64,000 nt of DNA, taken from Cetorhinus maximus (lineage: Eukaryota). The stretch is from assembly GCF_964194155.1 (NCBI RefSeq), contig NC_135895.1, positions 30,876,001 through 30,940,000 on the forward strand. Reading direction: 5' to 3'. The translations under genes were made by a program, and so were the position numbers. The first letter of the stretch is position 1. Every line of letters begins with the position of its first letter. Below, one piece after another: positions 63,184-64,000 of the stretch. The notes under the pieces were generated by a model that saw only the letters and a program-made list of their open reading frames with translations, ran no database searches and had not been told where the DNA came from.

Positions 63184-64000
63184 AACATACCAAACGTCAC
63201 CCTCATCCTGATGGCCACCTTTGTGTGCGGCTGCATTAAGCTCTGCCTGGACCCTTGGTATACAAACGCTAAGTGTAGGTTCTACTTGTCCCCGGTGTTG
63301 CGAAGGATGGGTCTGGCCTTGCTGCCATGGAATGCTCAAAGTAGTTGGACCATGTCATATCAGCTGTCCCTCATGGAAAAATCTGTGCAGAGAAATACCT
63401 TTGACAACAAATCTATCAGGCAGTGGTCTGCATGTTTCATCCTCGAGATTGTGCAGGAAAAGGACATGGTGGGATCCTGTTGCATGGTTCCCTGAACAGA
63501 CAGTCAAAGTCAATTAGCAGAATGCCTCATCACCAGAACTTTCAAACAAGCACCAAGACCTAGCTTGGCTGGTGGTGAGAAGGGCACTCCCCATCAGATC
63601 TTTCATGCAAAACCGAAGTCTCTGCACCACCACAAGCTACCCTCAAATCAGCTGCGATAGGGAAGAGATAATCATACACCTCCTTCTAGAATGTGCCTTT
63701 GCAAAGTAGGTCTGGAGAGACATGCAGTGATTTTTGTCAAGGTTCATCCCTAGCAGCTCCATGACATAGGACTGTGCTCTACGGGCTGTTCCCAGGGACA
63801 CACACTGAGACAAACATCAACTGCAGCTAACACTGGATGAACTGACTAAGGTCCTCGAGCCCTTCGAGTAGAGTAAAACTCCTGGAAGTGATGGCTTACT
63901 GGCTGAGTTATATTCGGCTCTTTGGGACTGGATTGGCACAAATCTGCTAGAAGTGTATGAGAGTATCCTTCTGGCCGGAAACATGTCAGAATTTATGAGG

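Larger units (their letters stand above)
57775..64000 (+). mobile_element. Cluster of Tx1/L1-clade non-LTR retrotransposon fragments (CCHC ORF1, ORF2 pieces, several 3' ends)
   Basis: Zinc knuckles CHSCGKSSHVAANC / CKNCKQEGHQTKDC; ORF2 start MGIKIVSIN; RT YMDD (62596); C-terminal CPR..C..E...HLLVEC; 3' UTRs ending AATAAA-type signal plus A-tract near 58312, 61752 and 62087. Confidence 0.85.

Noticed and set aside
1-64000. Prokaryote-type systems (operons, CRISPR, retrons) and most short ORFs in the track
   Set aside because: Spliced vertebrate genes and eukaryotic repeats explain the window; the remaining ORFs are repeat-derived or chance.

Overview
Vertebrate genomic DNA, not microbial. The repeat content (Penelope-like, CR1, Deu- and LF-type SINEs) points to a shark or other cartilaginous fish; this is an inference. 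Four intron-containing host genes can be built from splice sites and reading-frame continuity. (1) The 5' end of PIGB (-, exons 1-2), followed by a minor-spliceosome AT-type donor. (2) A complete TMEM205-like gene (+, 3 coding exons, 188 aa) sharing a CpG-rich bidirectional promoter with PIGB. (3) A complete TTC4 (-, 10 exons, 391 aa). (4) PARS2 (-, one coding exon, 470 aa). The rest is mostly decayed mobile DNA: a Gypsy LTR element with both LTRs whose RT is replaced by a LINE, CR1, L2, RTE and Tx1 LINEs, Tc2/pogo and Harbinger DNA transposons, and SINEs. There is one assembly gap (56184-56559). The most striking non-coding signal is a family of at least 12 minimal type-I hammerhead ribozyme motifs in Penelope-like 3' ends. 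Several occur as stand-alone ~100-130 bp insertions with their own target-site duplications, each starting at the ribozyme. All calls were made by eye; no database search or folding program was run.
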